Source of the DNA: an uncultured Flavobacteriales bacterium
GTDB taxonomy: Bacteria > Bacteroidota > Bacteroidia > Flavobacteriales_D > CAJJDF01
Length of the DNA: 64,000 nucleotides
NCBI GenBank assembly: GCA_938009745.1
Contig: CALLII010000040.1
Span: 5,733-69,732, forward strand
Reading direction: 5' to 3'
A model generated the notes under the pieces. It was not told the origin of the DNA. It ran no database searches and saw only the letters and a program-made list of their open reading frames with translations. Positions 18,601-27,024 of this stretch are shown piece after piece; position 1 is the stretch's first letter; every line of letters starts with the position of its first letter. A program made the position numbers and the translations under genes.

Positions 18601-20491
18601 TAGTTGTAGAATTCACAGATATACCTCTAGTTGTTGAAGTTGTACCAGTTGTATTTCTTGTAACAGTATTATGCCAAATATTTATGTGATTATTACCACC
18701 TGTTGCTGCTGTTGAGAATGAATACAAATAAATCCCATAAAAAGTACCAGTGTTTGTAATGTCGTAAACGGCATTGTTAGCTATAATACCTGGAGTAGCT
18801 GCAGTGTTTGTGTTGTATCCTATGTACATTGGATAACACGTAGAAGTACTTTGCACAGCATGAACTCTATTGTTAGTTGTAACTGAGCTAGTAGAGTACC
18901 AATTGTACAAACCATAATAACTAGCATTGTTAGTTCTTGTAGAACGAGAGAAATCATTGTGATCAATTAATATGCTATCTGAAGCATAACTATATAATCC
19001 ATATACACTTTGATCTTCGAATGAGTTGTTTGTAACTTTGTGTCCTATTGATCTAGAACCTGCTGCTGTAGATTGACCTCTTAATGACACACCATAATAT
19101 GCTCCAATAATAGTGTTACTATCAATGGTTACATTATTAGCATTATCCCCGTTAGATGAAGGAGAAGTAACTGAGTTTGTTGCACAAATTCCACAAGATA
19201 GACTTGTTGTGTATCCAGTACCAACATCAATAGTATTGTTTTTTATTGTAATGTTATCACACCCACCTCTCATCATAATACCATACATTTGAGAGTTTGG
19301 CGTTTCGTTTACGAAGTTAAAATCATTGATTGTAAAATATTCAACTCCGTTTAACGCTAAGAAATAAGTTCCAGCTCCTCTATTAATAGTTTCACCATTA
19401 CCATTTAATGTTACAGTATTAGTAGCTGACATTCCATTGTATGCTGCTAAATCAGTGTTGATAATATGTGGACCAGATCCAACAGCAACATCTAATGTTG
19501 TTGGTCCAGAGACACCACAATTAGCTATGAAGCTCATGAAATCAGCCATTAAGACAAAGTTAGTTGGACTAACTGGTGCTGAAGGATCTAATGTATATAG
19601 TCCATTCAATTGTGTTGCACAAGCAGTTAAGAAAGTACCAGGACCTGCAGCCGCAGTACTAAAACCTCCGTTACAGTATACTGTTACATAAAAATCATAG
19701 TTTGTTAATGCAGTTAAACCAGTTACATCTAAAGTATCTACTAAAACACTTACTGTTGTTCCTGTACCTGGAGTAAATCCTAATGGTCCGTATTCAACAT
19801 CATAAGCAGAATCAGTACAACCACCAGTCCAAGCTAAAGTAGCTGTAGTTGCTGTAATGTTTCTTGCTGTAAATTGACTTGCTGCCGTACAATTGTCTCT
19901 TAAAGTATCAACTGCAATATCATCAATTGCTTGATCCATGTAAAATGCAGAACCAGAAGCCTGAGCTCCATCTTCTGCTCTAAATCTTACCATTACTTTA
20001 TCGGTAGCGAAGATATATTTACATAAGTTATAATAATGCTCTGACCAAACACCTGAATTATCCTGATTAATTTCATCAAGAATTACCCAGTTTGCACCAT
20101 CATATGCCTCAACAAATAATGAGTTGAAAGGATTACAAGGGTTAGTTCCTAAAAACGTATTGTAAAAAAACGATAATTCTGGTATTGGAACCATGCTAAC
20201 GTCTATAGTATCAGAAGTATATAAAACACCTCGGTCAGTACTTGAATGATCTATCCATAATCTTTGACTATTTGCAATTCCTGTGTGGTCTTGAATACTT
20301 GAACCGCTATATCCCATATTTCCATTCAATCTCCATGCGCTCCCTGTTCCTCCAGGTGCAATGCTGTTAGTCCAAGTTCCAGGAAGAGTAGTTCCGTTAT
20401 TGAAAGACTCAATAAAAGGAGCTGTTAGTTGAGAAAAAGCTCCCCAGCTAAGGAACATTATCATTAAAGTTAAAAAGTAATTTTTCTTCAT
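15602..20491 (-). CDS. T9SS-secreted giant surface protein (MAM-like N-domain, Fn3, right-handed beta-helix repeats, lamin-tail-like domain, Cys-containing 45-aa repeats, T9SS CTD)
   Basis: 1629 aa with a signal peptide. An Fn3-like segment is present (ARNITATTATLAWTGGCTDSAYDVEYGPLGFTPGTG). A long stretch is rich in N/T/G beta-helix turns. There is an LTD-like segment (FLITEICQFAGASNG...YIEITGVPGSDLAGITFEQW). The C-terminus (LYPNPATNFVTIEV...YFVKISSD...KLLIQK) is typical of the T9SS type A sorting domain. Confidence 0.85.
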   Translation of the reverse strand: MKKNYFLTLMIMFLSWGAFSQLTAPFIESFNNGTTLPGTWTNSIAPGGTGSAWRLNGNMGYSGSSIQDHTGIANSQRLWIDHSSTDRGVLYTSDTIDVSMVPIPELSFFYNTFLGTNPCNPFNSLFVEAYDGANWVILDEINQDNSGVWSEHYYNLCKYIFATDKVMVRFRAEDGAQASGSAFYMDQAIDDIAVDTLRDNCTAASQFTARNITATTATLAWTGGCTDSAYDVEYGPLGFTPGTGTTVSVLVDTLDVTGLTALTNYDFYVTVYCNGGFSTAAAGPGTFLTACATQLNGLYTLDPSAPVSPTNFVLMADFMSFIANCGVSGPTTLDVAVGSGPHIINTDLAAYNGMSATNTVTLNGNGETINRGAGTYFLALNGVEYFTINDFNFVNETPNSQMYGIMMRGGCDNITIKNNTIDVGTGYTTSLSCGICATNSVTSPSSNGDNANNVTIDSNTIIGAYYGVSLRGQSTAAGSRSIGHKVTNNSFEDQSVYGLYSYASDSILIDHNDFSRSTRTNNASYYGLYNWYSTSSVTTNNRVHAVQSTSTCYPMYIGYNTNTAATPGIIANNAVYDITNTGTFYGIYLYSFSTAATGGNNHINIWHNTVTRNTTGTTSTTRGISVNSTTTSYINNIDLTNNIVDIYGSGSGTKYAVYFPTVATFSGSNNVLYNGATAGTNNLGYFGANQATLAAWNTASGQTNNSDVNPIIIAPNFTPFSTAIDDFGTPLALVTIDIDGVTRNATTPDAGAIEFVPSGGDLAIVGGGLIQIDDCYGTNDTAWVNIDNLFGDTMVFATAPLTVYFEVTGPINTTITTVVSTDTLFVGDRLRVFNSNIDMSTPGKYSFKAYIDFSATNILNINDTLTSIDESEVKPLLAVTPTFDTLYSLLDSSKLSTQSPFYPAGAFLITEICQFAGASNGRPTAGKPSWMITDDYIEITGVPGSDLAGITFEQWTTSTQQSSFTFPSGTVLSPNGTAIIATSQVGSQTNDPSNFIYLGNGAYTGTNGSSTTSGKVLRDASGAVIDAVGYYGYGTFPAAAGVTAADWSAPLTHTSGTWGIRLTSADNNTGSNWVLSTGPLQDPNVLNSGVPLPSPSSVNGLTWTDLTTMTVIDTTPEIYAKGFTANGTYPIEAAFITPCGTYRDTAFITVLNQTYDTTIINSCDSFIMPLTNRVQYATGFFTDTLVSTGMPTYDSIFYVYDVNIDTTNETITQFACDSFTSPSGKIWNTSGTYLDTIVNSLGCDSLMVFNLTVNYISYDTLTLTVCDTFIAPSGAVFRTTGSYYDTILNAGGCDSAMTINLTVLNSTTSMITRIVCDSFVGPAGMAYTTTGIYNDTLTNSIGCDSVIVINLTVHYSTSRTDNIVLCAGQTHRVGPSVYSTAGTYTDLFSTFYGCDSTVITNLSFFAPAVATINYNFCTGDSVQVLGNWYYSATVVMDTIVGGSSNGCDSVTTHNITTRTVSPALNLGNDVSSCLDGGVTIFASNAYDTYNWSNGGTTNVLSVNGATAGAGSTDHILTVTQASSGCTARDTVNITFQSCVGLSEADVDLNISLYPNPATNFVTIEVYDRYNTGNLKLEITNSLGQVVSTQTISSASQKVIMDVNNFSKGLYFVKISSDKVFMTKKLLIQK

Positions 20492-20712
20492 CTTATTCGA
20501 AAATTTTGTTAGTAAGCTACTAATATATATAAATTTTCAATGATTTAAACGGGCAATTTGTTTTTTTTTCACATTATGTGAAACTTTTCTAACTCTTGTT
20601 CGTAGCGACACAAAACATTAAAATGTCTATTTTGTTGAAATTCAACAAAAAAGACTTATAATTTAATAGTGTTCAGGGATTAAATGTTATTTTTTAGTTA
20701 ACTGAAAATGAG

Positions 20713-21489
20713 TTATTTTATTCCACGAGAATCTTTTACTTTTTCGTATGAGTCTTGTACTTTTTGAAATTTTTCTTTGGCTCCCTTTTGAAATTCTTCG
20801 CCAAGTTGAGAAACCTTATCTGGATGGTATTTTATAGCTAACTTTCTATAGGCTTTCTTTATCTCACTTTCTGTTGCTGTTTTCGTAATCCCTAATATTT
20901 GATATGCTTTCTCTAAAGATATCCCTGATTGAGGAACCGTTTGACTTCTTTGGTTATATCCTCCTCCTTCTTTACTGAAATTAAACATTGCCAATATAGA
21001 TTGAAATGTTTGTTGAGAAATCCTTAAAGATTGAGCTATAACTTGTAATGTTCTAAGTTCACTGTTACTCATTTCGCCATCAGCAACTGCAATCCCAATT
21101 AGGTAGTGTAGCATTTGAACTTTTGATGACTGATTTACATTATTATTAATGATGTCCGTTACTTTAGAAACAGATATATTTTGGTCTAAATAGGTTTTTA
21201 AATCGAATACATATTTAGCTGCTTTTTCTTGACCAAATTGTTGAATAAAGAAGTTTTTGACAAAATTCAGTTCTGATTTTTTTGTTATACCATCAGCTTT
21301 AATAACCACTGAGGTTAACATCATTAGGTATTTTCCAAAATCAAAATTAGGATTAGTCCTCTTATTACCGAGTTTAGGTTTAGAGTCGAAACTTGAACCT
21401 ATTAGGTAACCAATTATGGCTCCATAAAAAGATTTAGTTAAGTAAAATCCTAGTGCAGCTCCAATGAAGCCTGTAATTCCAAAATTCAT
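20713..21489 (-). CDS. DjlA-like membrane co-chaperone (TerB-like domain plus C-terminal J-domain)
   Basis: 258 aa with an N-terminal hydrophobic segment, a TerB-like middle region ([10 protein letters not shown]... / [10 protein letters not shown]...) and a J-domain with the HPD motif ([31 protein letters not shown]). Confidence 0.75.
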   Translation of the reverse strand: MNFGITGFIGAALGFYLTKSFYGAIIGYLIGSSFDSKPKLGNKRTNPNFDFGKYLMMLTSVVIKADGITKKSELNFVKNFFIQQFGQEKAAKYVFDLKTYLDQNISVSKVTDIINNNVNQSSKVQMLHYLIGIAVADGEMSNSELRTLQVIAQSLRISQQTFQSILAMFNFSKEGGGYNQRSQTVPQSGISLEKAYQILGITKTATESEIKKAYRKLAIKYHPDKVSQLGEEFQKGAKEKFQKVQDSYEKVKDSRGIK

Positions 21490-22052
21490 TAATTATAATA
21501 AGGTGATATCATTAAGAATATAATTACTCCTGTAACGGCAACATACATCCACAAAGGAAAAGTAATGCGGGTGAGTTTTTTGTGACCTTCATAATCTCCA
21601 AGCCAACCTTTTAAATAAGTAAAGCATACAAATGGAGTAATAATGATTGAAAGAATTATGTGAGTGATTAAGATAAAATAATATAAATACTTAATCCCAC
21701 CAAGCGCCAAAGATTCAACATCTTCTAAATTTCCATTGTGATTGGAGTCTCCAAATACTGTGGACTCTGAAGTAGCATGGTAAATAACATACATCACTAA
21801 AAAACTAATAGATAATGTTACTGCAACATTGATAAGGTTTTTGTGTAGATTCTTTTTCTTCTTTTTAATTGCAAAATATGCTGAGAGCAATACAATAGCA
21901 GTGATGCCATTTATGGTTGCATAAATAGAAGGTAGGAACCCAAAATCATACCCGTCAATTTTTACACTAAATAAAGTAGCCACAGCTATTGGCAGAATTA
22001 CAGATATAGCTATTGCTGTCTGTTTGTATTTTTTTTGGTTAACGGTATTCAT
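21489..22052 (-). CDS. DUF420 (CtaM-like) membrane protein
   Basis: 187 aa with 4-5 TM helices, in the position typical of cytochrome oxidase assembly clusters. Confidence 0.65.
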   Translation of the reverse strand: MNTVNQKKYKQTAIAISVILPIAVATLFSVKIDGYDFGFLPSIYATINGITAIVLLSAYFAIKKKKKNLHKNLINVAVTLSISFLVMYVIYHATSESTVFGDSNHNGNLEDVESLALGGIKYLYYFILITHIILSIIITPFVCFTYLKGWLGDYEGHKKLTRITFPLWMYVAVTGVIIFLMISPYYN

Positions 22053-22650
22053 CTAATAATATATTTATGTCTTTGCTTAGTTTATCTAGGTCTTTATCCT
22101 CAAGTCCATTATAAATTCCCCTTATTCGTAAATTTTTATCAACTAGTATAAATAATGATGAATGAAGAAATCCATGTTCTGATAAAGCATCTTCTTGTGT
22201 GGCAACCATAAAGTTAAACACTCCTGATTCATATATTTCACGCTTATCTCCTGTTACAAAATTCCAGTTAGAAGTATTGGCATTTTTCCATTTAGCGTAT
22301 CGTTTTAACTTTTCTGGTGTGTCAGTTTCTGGATCTACCGTATGCGATAAGAACTGGACCTCAGGTTGTACTCCCCATTTTTTTTGAAGCTTCACCATAT
22401 TGTTTGTCATAACTGGACAAATGGTAGGGCAGGTAGAAAAGAAAAAATCAACTACTGTTATTTTACCTTTTAGGTAGTCTTCTGTAACTTCTTTATTGTC
22501 TTGATTGACAAATGAAAAAGGTTGAACACTGTGATAAATAGTGTCAGCAGTTTCTGGATTAACTTCATGACGTCCGAAATACTGAAGTTTTTCTTCTTTA
22601 CAAGAAACAAAAACTAAAGATAGAACTGTGAATATTAAGAGTAATCGCAT
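22039..22650 (-). CDS. SCO1/SenC family copper chaperone
   Basis: 203 aa with a thioredoxin-like fold, a CxxxC motif (FFFSTCPTICPVM), FLSHTVDPETDTPE, and a downstream His (GFLHSSLFILVD). Confidence 0.85.
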   Translation of the reverse strand: MRLLLIFTVLSLVFVSCKEEKLQYFGRHEVNPETADTIYHSVQPFSFVNQDNKEVTEDYLKGKITVVDFFFSTCPTICPVMTNNMVKLQKKWGVQPEVQFLSHTVDPETDTPEKLKRYAKWKNANTSNWNFVTGDKREIYESGVFNFMVATQEDALSEHGFLHSSLFILVDKNLRIRGIYNGLEDKDLDKLSKDINILLDEYR

Positions 22651-22651
22651 A

Positions 22652-23335
22652 TTATTTTGCTAGTTCTTTTTTCTCTTTGTCTTCAGTTAGGTATTCTATG
22701 AAAAGCTTTCTTACGTCTTTCCTCATGTTTTCTATCAATTGAGTTTGATCTCCTTCGTATAATCCTCTAACATTTTTGTTACGATCAACAAGAAGTATCA
22801 TTTTATAATAGGTTTTACCTCCAACACATCTACTTGTTTTAAAATCTGTTGTTTGTAGATTTCCTCCTGGTAAATCTAGATCATAAATCGGATTAGTTGC
22901 AGATGTTACAAATTTCCATTTATCGAAATTTATGTTTTGCTGTTCGCCTACAAACTGACTTAAGTTAGGAATGCCTCCATTTGTATCAACTAAATGAGAA
23001 ATGAAAAGCAGGTCTTTAAATTCAGGACGGTCATATAGTTTATCATATACCAAAAACTTTAGTTGCTTTTGAATTATAGGGCAGTAGAATGGGCATGAAG
23101 AAATAACTGTAGATACTATTAAAGTTTTACCTTGAGTGTTTTCTGAACTTACTATATTACTATCTACATCATAAAAGATAAAGTCTTTTATGGTAGTATT
23201 TTTAGATTCTTCTTCTGATGGGCCAAAGTATGGCAAGCTTTCAGAATTTGTTTTTCCTTTAGAAAGAGGAATTAAAAAGATAAGTGGGACTCCAAAGAGT
23301 AGTAGAAACAATCCAATTCGCTTGGTAATTTTCAT
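22652..23335 (-). CDS. SCO-like thioredoxin-fold protein (second paralog)
   Basis: CxxxC motif (VISSCPFYCPII). I moved the start to the internal ATG (MKITKRIGLFLLL..., complement of 23333-23335) because that gives a normal signal/anchor. The ORF track extends to 23374. Confidence 0.65.
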   Translation of the reverse strand: MKITKRIGLFLLLFGVPLIFLIPLSKGKTNSESLPYFGPSEEESKNTTIKDFIFYDVDSNIVSSENTQGKTLIVSTVISSCPFYCPIIQKQLKFLVYDKLYDRPEFKDLLFISHLVDTNGGIPNLSQFVGEQQNINFDKWKFVTSATNPIYDLDLPGGNLQTTDFKTSRCVGGKTYYKMILLVDRNKNVRGLYEGDQTQLIENMRKDVRKLFIEYLTEDKEKKELAK

Positions 23336-23427
23336 ATTAGGTGATGTTTGTTTTATTAAAAAACTATACCACAAAAGTAATAAATCACCCTGCTAAATGC
23401 ACTATATTGTTTTAGAAATTTAAAAGA

Positions 23428-23799
23428 TTAGCTGTAACCGTTACCAACCTTAAATCCTTCCATAACTATAAGGTAAATCATGTAAGCGATAAAGATTAAA
23501 TAAGGGATTATAATATACCTTCTTAATGATTTGTTCTCATGACCTAAGTGCATGAATTCCATTACGATATAAAATGCTTTAACAAGAGTCATAATAATAA
23601 ATGACCATTTAACTACTACCCATAAATCTGAGCTTCTGCTACTAAGGTAAATCCCCATTATTATTTCTAATGTAGTAAGTATAGAAAGAAGTGCAGTTAC
23701 TTTCCATATTTTTTTACGAATCGCTTTCCCCTCTTCTTCCGAGTGGTTAACCATTGGTGCATAGCTATCGTTTACTAGTAAGTCGTCTCTATTTTCCAT
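23428..23799 (-). CDS. Cytochrome c oxidase subunit IV family protein (prokaryotic COX4)
   Basis: 123 aa with 3 TM helices, directly downstream of the subunit III genes. Confidence 0.6.
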   Translation of the reverse strand: MENRDDLLVNDSYAPMVNHSEEEGKAIRKKIWKVTALLSILTTLEIIMGIYLSSRSSDLWVVVKWSFIIMTLVKAFYIVMEFMHLGHENKSLRRYIIIPYLIFIAYMIYLIVMEGFKVGNGYS

Positions 23800-23836
23800 A
23801 ACTGAAAAGTATCTTTATTTTTAAAAAAAAATCTTA

Positions 23837-24520
23837 TTAAACTAAGTAGAAGAAGGTAAATACAAATACCCAAACTAAATCTACAAAGTGCCAGTAAAGG
23901 CCTACTTTTTCTACCATTTCGTAGTGCCCTCTTGCTTGGTAAACTCCTTTTTTAACTTTTAAGAATACAAGGAAGTTAATTACTACTCCAGTAAATACGT
24001 GAAAACCATGAAATCCGGTTACAAAGAAAAAGAAGTTGGTATACCTTACATCATCTGGGTTCATTACATTATAAGGATTGTTTAGTAAAGTAGCCATTCC
24101 ATTTTCGTTTCCTGCAATAAAAGTTGCCCACTCCCAAGCTTGAGATCCTAAGAATACTAATCCTCCAACAACAGTCCATCCTAACCATTTTTGAACACCC
24201 TTCTGATCCATTCTATGACCAGCTTCAACAGCTAATACCATTGTTACTGAACTTACAATTAATATAAATGTCATTAACGCCACATATATAAGTGGCCAGT
24301 TTGCGTGAGTTAATGGAAAGTGAAAAAACACATCTTCAGCCAAAGGCCATGACTCAGCCGAAGCTTTAGCGAAGCCTAGTGCTACTAAAAAACCTCCAAA
24401 CGTAAGTGCATCAGAAACTAAGAAAAACCACATCATCATTTTTCCATAGGTAACATTAAAAGGAGATCTTCCTCCTCCCCAAGCTGTTGCTGAATCAACA
24501 TTTTCTACATGTCCTGCCAT
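23837..24520 (-). CDS. Cytochrome c oxidase subunit III
   Basis: 227 aa and polytopic. The C-terminal motif is typical of heme-copper oxidase subunit III (FVTGFHGFHVFTGV...LYWHFVDLVWVFVFTFFYL). Confidence 0.85.
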   Translation of the reverse strand: MAGHVENVDSATAWGGGRSPFNVTYGKMMMWFFLVSDALTFGGFLVALGFAKASAESWPLAEDVFFHFPLTHANWPLIYVALMTFILIVSSVTMVLAVEAGHRMDQKGVQKWLGWTVVGGLVFLGSQAWEWATFIAGNENGMATLLNNPYNVMNPDDVRYTNFFFFVTGFHGFHVFTGVVINFLVFLKVKKGVYQARGHYEMVEKVGLYWHFVDLVWVFVFTFFYLV

Positions 24521-24547
24521 AACTTTTAATCTAAATTTTTTACAAGT

Positions 24548-25438
24548 TTAATGAATTAAAAACAAAAATAATAATAAATAGACCCACAATCCTGCAAAAA
24601 AGTGCCAGAAATATCCGCCTAGTTTTATTTTTAATTGATTGTCTTCATTAAGTACTTTTCGTGAAGCTAAAAATACCATTGCTAGTAGGTAAAGCAGAGC
24701 AACTATAATATGTGCTAAATGTAGTATAGTTAGGGTATAAAAATAGGAGCTACTTACGTTACCTACTGTTTTTAATTTTGCTAAGTAACTTTCTGGTAAT
24801 TTCATTTTTGCTAAAACAATCGCTTCAAGAACTACTTTGTCTTTTTTAGTTTTGTTTTCACGTACTCTTAGGAATTTTTTTCCAATAAACATTTCAGGAG
24901 TTTCGCTTTTTAGTTGAGCGTATTCTTCTTCGTCAATTTTTACTGCATCTTCTCCCCAAAAATAGAATCCATCTTCTTCTTTTATCAATTCCTTTCCTTG
25001 AAATTCGATTGTATAATCTGTTCCATAATCACCACTCATAACAAATTCACCAGTGTCTTGGTTTACAATTTTATCTGCCCAAGCATATCCTTTTTCATGT
25101 AATTGGGTCCATGCAAAAAATTGAGACACTCCAAATACTATTCCTAGTACAAGAGTAATTAATAGATATAAAGAAGTTTGTTTGTTATTTCCGGCCTTTG
25201 AGCTACGAACAGCCATAATCATAGTTAAACTACTTACCAGAATTATTGCTGTACTGATCCATAACATTGTTGGCATGGAGAAACTGACCCAAAAGTTATC
25301 TCCTTTTGATACAATATAGGCACTTGTTAATCCTGCAAACAACATAATAATAGAGAAGATACCAAACCAAACCATGTTAGTTTTGGCCTTTCTCTTTGCA
25401 TTTTCGTAATACTGTTCTACGTTTTCTTGATTTTCCAT
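24548..25438 (-). CDS. Cytochrome c oxidase subunit III-like protein with large hydrophilic insertion
   Basis: 296 aa with 5 TM helices and a subunit III-like C-terminus (GGYFWHFFAGLWVYLLLFLFLI). A soluble segment of about 110 aa sits between TM3 and TM4. Confidence 0.7.
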   Translation of the reverse strand: MENQENVEQYYENAKRKAKTNMVWFGIFSIIMLFAGLTSAYIVSKGDNFWVSFSMPTMLWISTAIILVSSLTMIMAVRSSKAGNNKQTSLYLLITLVLGIVFGVSQFFAWTQLHEKGYAWADKIVNQDTGEFVMSGDYGTDYTIEFQGKELIKEEDGFYFWGEDAVKIDEEEYAQLKSETPEMFIGKKFLRVRENKTKKDKVVLEAIVLAKMKLPESYLAKLKTVGNVSSSYFYTLTILHLAHIIVALLYLLAMVFLASRKVLNEDNQLKIKLGGYFWHFFAGLWVYLLLFLFLIH

Positions 25439-25455
25439 GATAAAAAATTTAGAGC

Positions 25456-26406
25456 TTAAATAAAATATACTTGTACTAATAAGTCTAGATAATAAAATAA
25501 AAAGACTAGTGGTAAATAAGAGAAAGAGGCAAACATAAGTTTTAAAGCATCTTTGTCTTCTAATGATTTATACAATTTAATTGCGGGACGAATAAAATAA
25601 ACACCAAGGACAACACTAAGTATCATTGATGTTAAACCAGAGATATCGAATACCCATGGCAGAATTCCTGCAGGGATTACAAATAGTGTGTAAAATAATA
25701 TGATGAATGCTGTTCTTTTGTCTTTATCATCTCCAAACGGTAACATTTTATATCCACCTTTTCTGTAGTCTTCACTTCCTTTCCATGCAATAGCCCAAAA
25801 GTGTGGAAATTGCCAAATGAACTGAACTAGAAAAATCATTCCTGGTTCGAATCCAAACTCTCCAGTTGCTGCTATGTATCCAATCATAGGAGGAATACTT
25901 CCTGGGAAAGCACCTATAAATACTGATATAGGAGTTACTTTTTTAAGAGGAGTGTAAATTATAACATAGGATACCAGTGCGATTAGGCCAAGGGCAAAAG
26001 AGATGTAATTTATTTGATAAAGTAAAAATAAACCAACTAAACCTGCAATAATAGAAACCATCATTGCTTCGGGTACCTGCATTCTTCCTGCTGGTAGTGG
26101 TCTGTTTTCAGTACGTTTCATCTTTTTATCAGATTCACGTTCAATAACTTGGTTAAATCCATTTGAAGAACCAGTTACAAGAAAACCACCAATAATAATG
26201 TAAAGAAATGTAATCCAAGAAAAATCGGCATCTTCCTTATTAGCTACAGGAAAAACCTCTGCAGTAAGTAGTGCAATTCCGTATCCTAAACCAGCTGAAT
26301 AGACAACTAAACTTGCTAGTCTCAATTTCATTAAACTTCCATAATCGGCTAGTTTAGCTTTTATCGAGAAAGGGGTGGATGTAGTTATGCTTTTTTCTAT
26401 TTCCAT
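25456..26406 (-). CDS. ctaB: Protoheme IX farnesyltransferase (heme O synthase)
   Basis: 316 aa with UbiA-family motifs (NQVIERESDKKMKRTENRPLPAG). Confidence 0.9.
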   Translation of the reverse strand: MEIEKSITTSTPFSIKAKLADYGSLMKLRLASLVVYSAGLGYGIALLTAEVFPVANKEDADFSWITFLYIIIGGFLVTGSSNGFNQVIERESDKKMKRTENRPLPAGRMQVPEAMMVSIIAGLVGLFLLYQINYISFALGLIALVSYVIIYTPLKKVTPISVFIGAFPGSIPPMIGYIAATGEFGFEPGMIFLVQFIWQFPHFWAIAWKGSEDYRKGGYKMLPFGDDKDKRTAFIILFYTLFVIPAGILPWVFDISGLTSMILSVVLGVYFIRPAIKLYKSLEDKDALKLMFASFSYLPLVFLFYYLDLLVQVYFI

Positions 26407-26477
26407 TTCAATACAAAATTACGGATAAAATGATTTATAAATCCACTTAATTGAATTCTTTTGTGAAAATTAGTCAC

Positions 26478-26509
26478 AAAAAAAGGGACTGAAATAATCA
26501 GTCCCTTTT
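26478..26509 (-). terminator. Rho-independent terminator downstream of the exbB/exbD cluster
   Basis: 11-bp stem AAAGGGACTGA/TCAGTCCCTTT (26482-26492 / 26498-26508). On the minus strand it is followed by T7. Confidence 0.7.
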
Positions 26510-26531
26510 GAATTGTTTTAAAATCTATTTT

Positions 26532-27005
26532 TTATCGTTTTCTTTTAGTTTCCTTTTGAGTAGAATAGTTAATTCTTAATGCATCTACTTCTCTTAATTC
26601 ATTTTCGATTTTATCAATTACATCCATATCTACATCATCTTTGTCAGCTTTAATAGATACTGTAGCTTTATCACTTTTAGCTTGTGATCTTTCATTTCTT
26701 CTAAGGATAATAAATTCTCTTATTTTCAAGAAATTAGGAACTACTTGATCATCTAATTGCAACCTAACTGATGTACCAAAAGCTGGGTTTTTTGGAATCC
26801 CTGCATTTACATAATCAATTTCTTCGTTTTTATCCAATTGGATGATTTCCTTAGCACTGGGTTTAGTAAGTTCTACTTTCAAATCACTTTGTTTCATAGA
26901 AGATACTACCACAAAGAAAGCTAATACAGTAAATACAATATCCGGTAGGGATGCTGTAGATACTCCTGGCATTTCTTTGGATTTGTTTTGTCTAAATTTT
27001 GACAT
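26532..27005 (-). CDS. exbD: ExbD/TolR family biopolymer transport protein
   Basis: 157 aa with an N-terminal TM helix (LPDIVFTVLAFFVVV) and an ExbD-like periplasmic domain. Confidence 0.8.
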   Translation of the reverse strand: MSKFRQNKSKEMPGVSTASLPDIVFTVLAFFVVVSSMKQSDLKVELTKPSAKEIIQLDKNEEIDYVNAGIPKNPAFGTSVRLQLDDQVVPNFLKIREFIILRRNERSQAKSDKATVSIKADKDDVDMDVIDKIENELREVDALRINYSTQKETKRKR

Positions 27006-27024
27006 AATTTATTTTTTTACTCTA

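Noticed and set aside
20630-20650. 21-nt palindrome TTTTGTTGAA-A-TTCAACAAAA downstream of the djlA-like gene, considered as the terminator of the oxidase-assembly operon
   Set aside because: It is almost entirely A/T and has no separate U-tract after the stem on the minus strand. It may still pause transcription, but I cannot call it a terminator with confidence.
23336-23374. 13-codon N-terminal extension of the SCO-like gene (MWYSFLIKQTSPN)
   Set aside because: The internal ATG gives a normal signal/anchor sequence (MKITKRIGLFLLLFGVPLIF). The extension is probably not translated, but this is uncertain.
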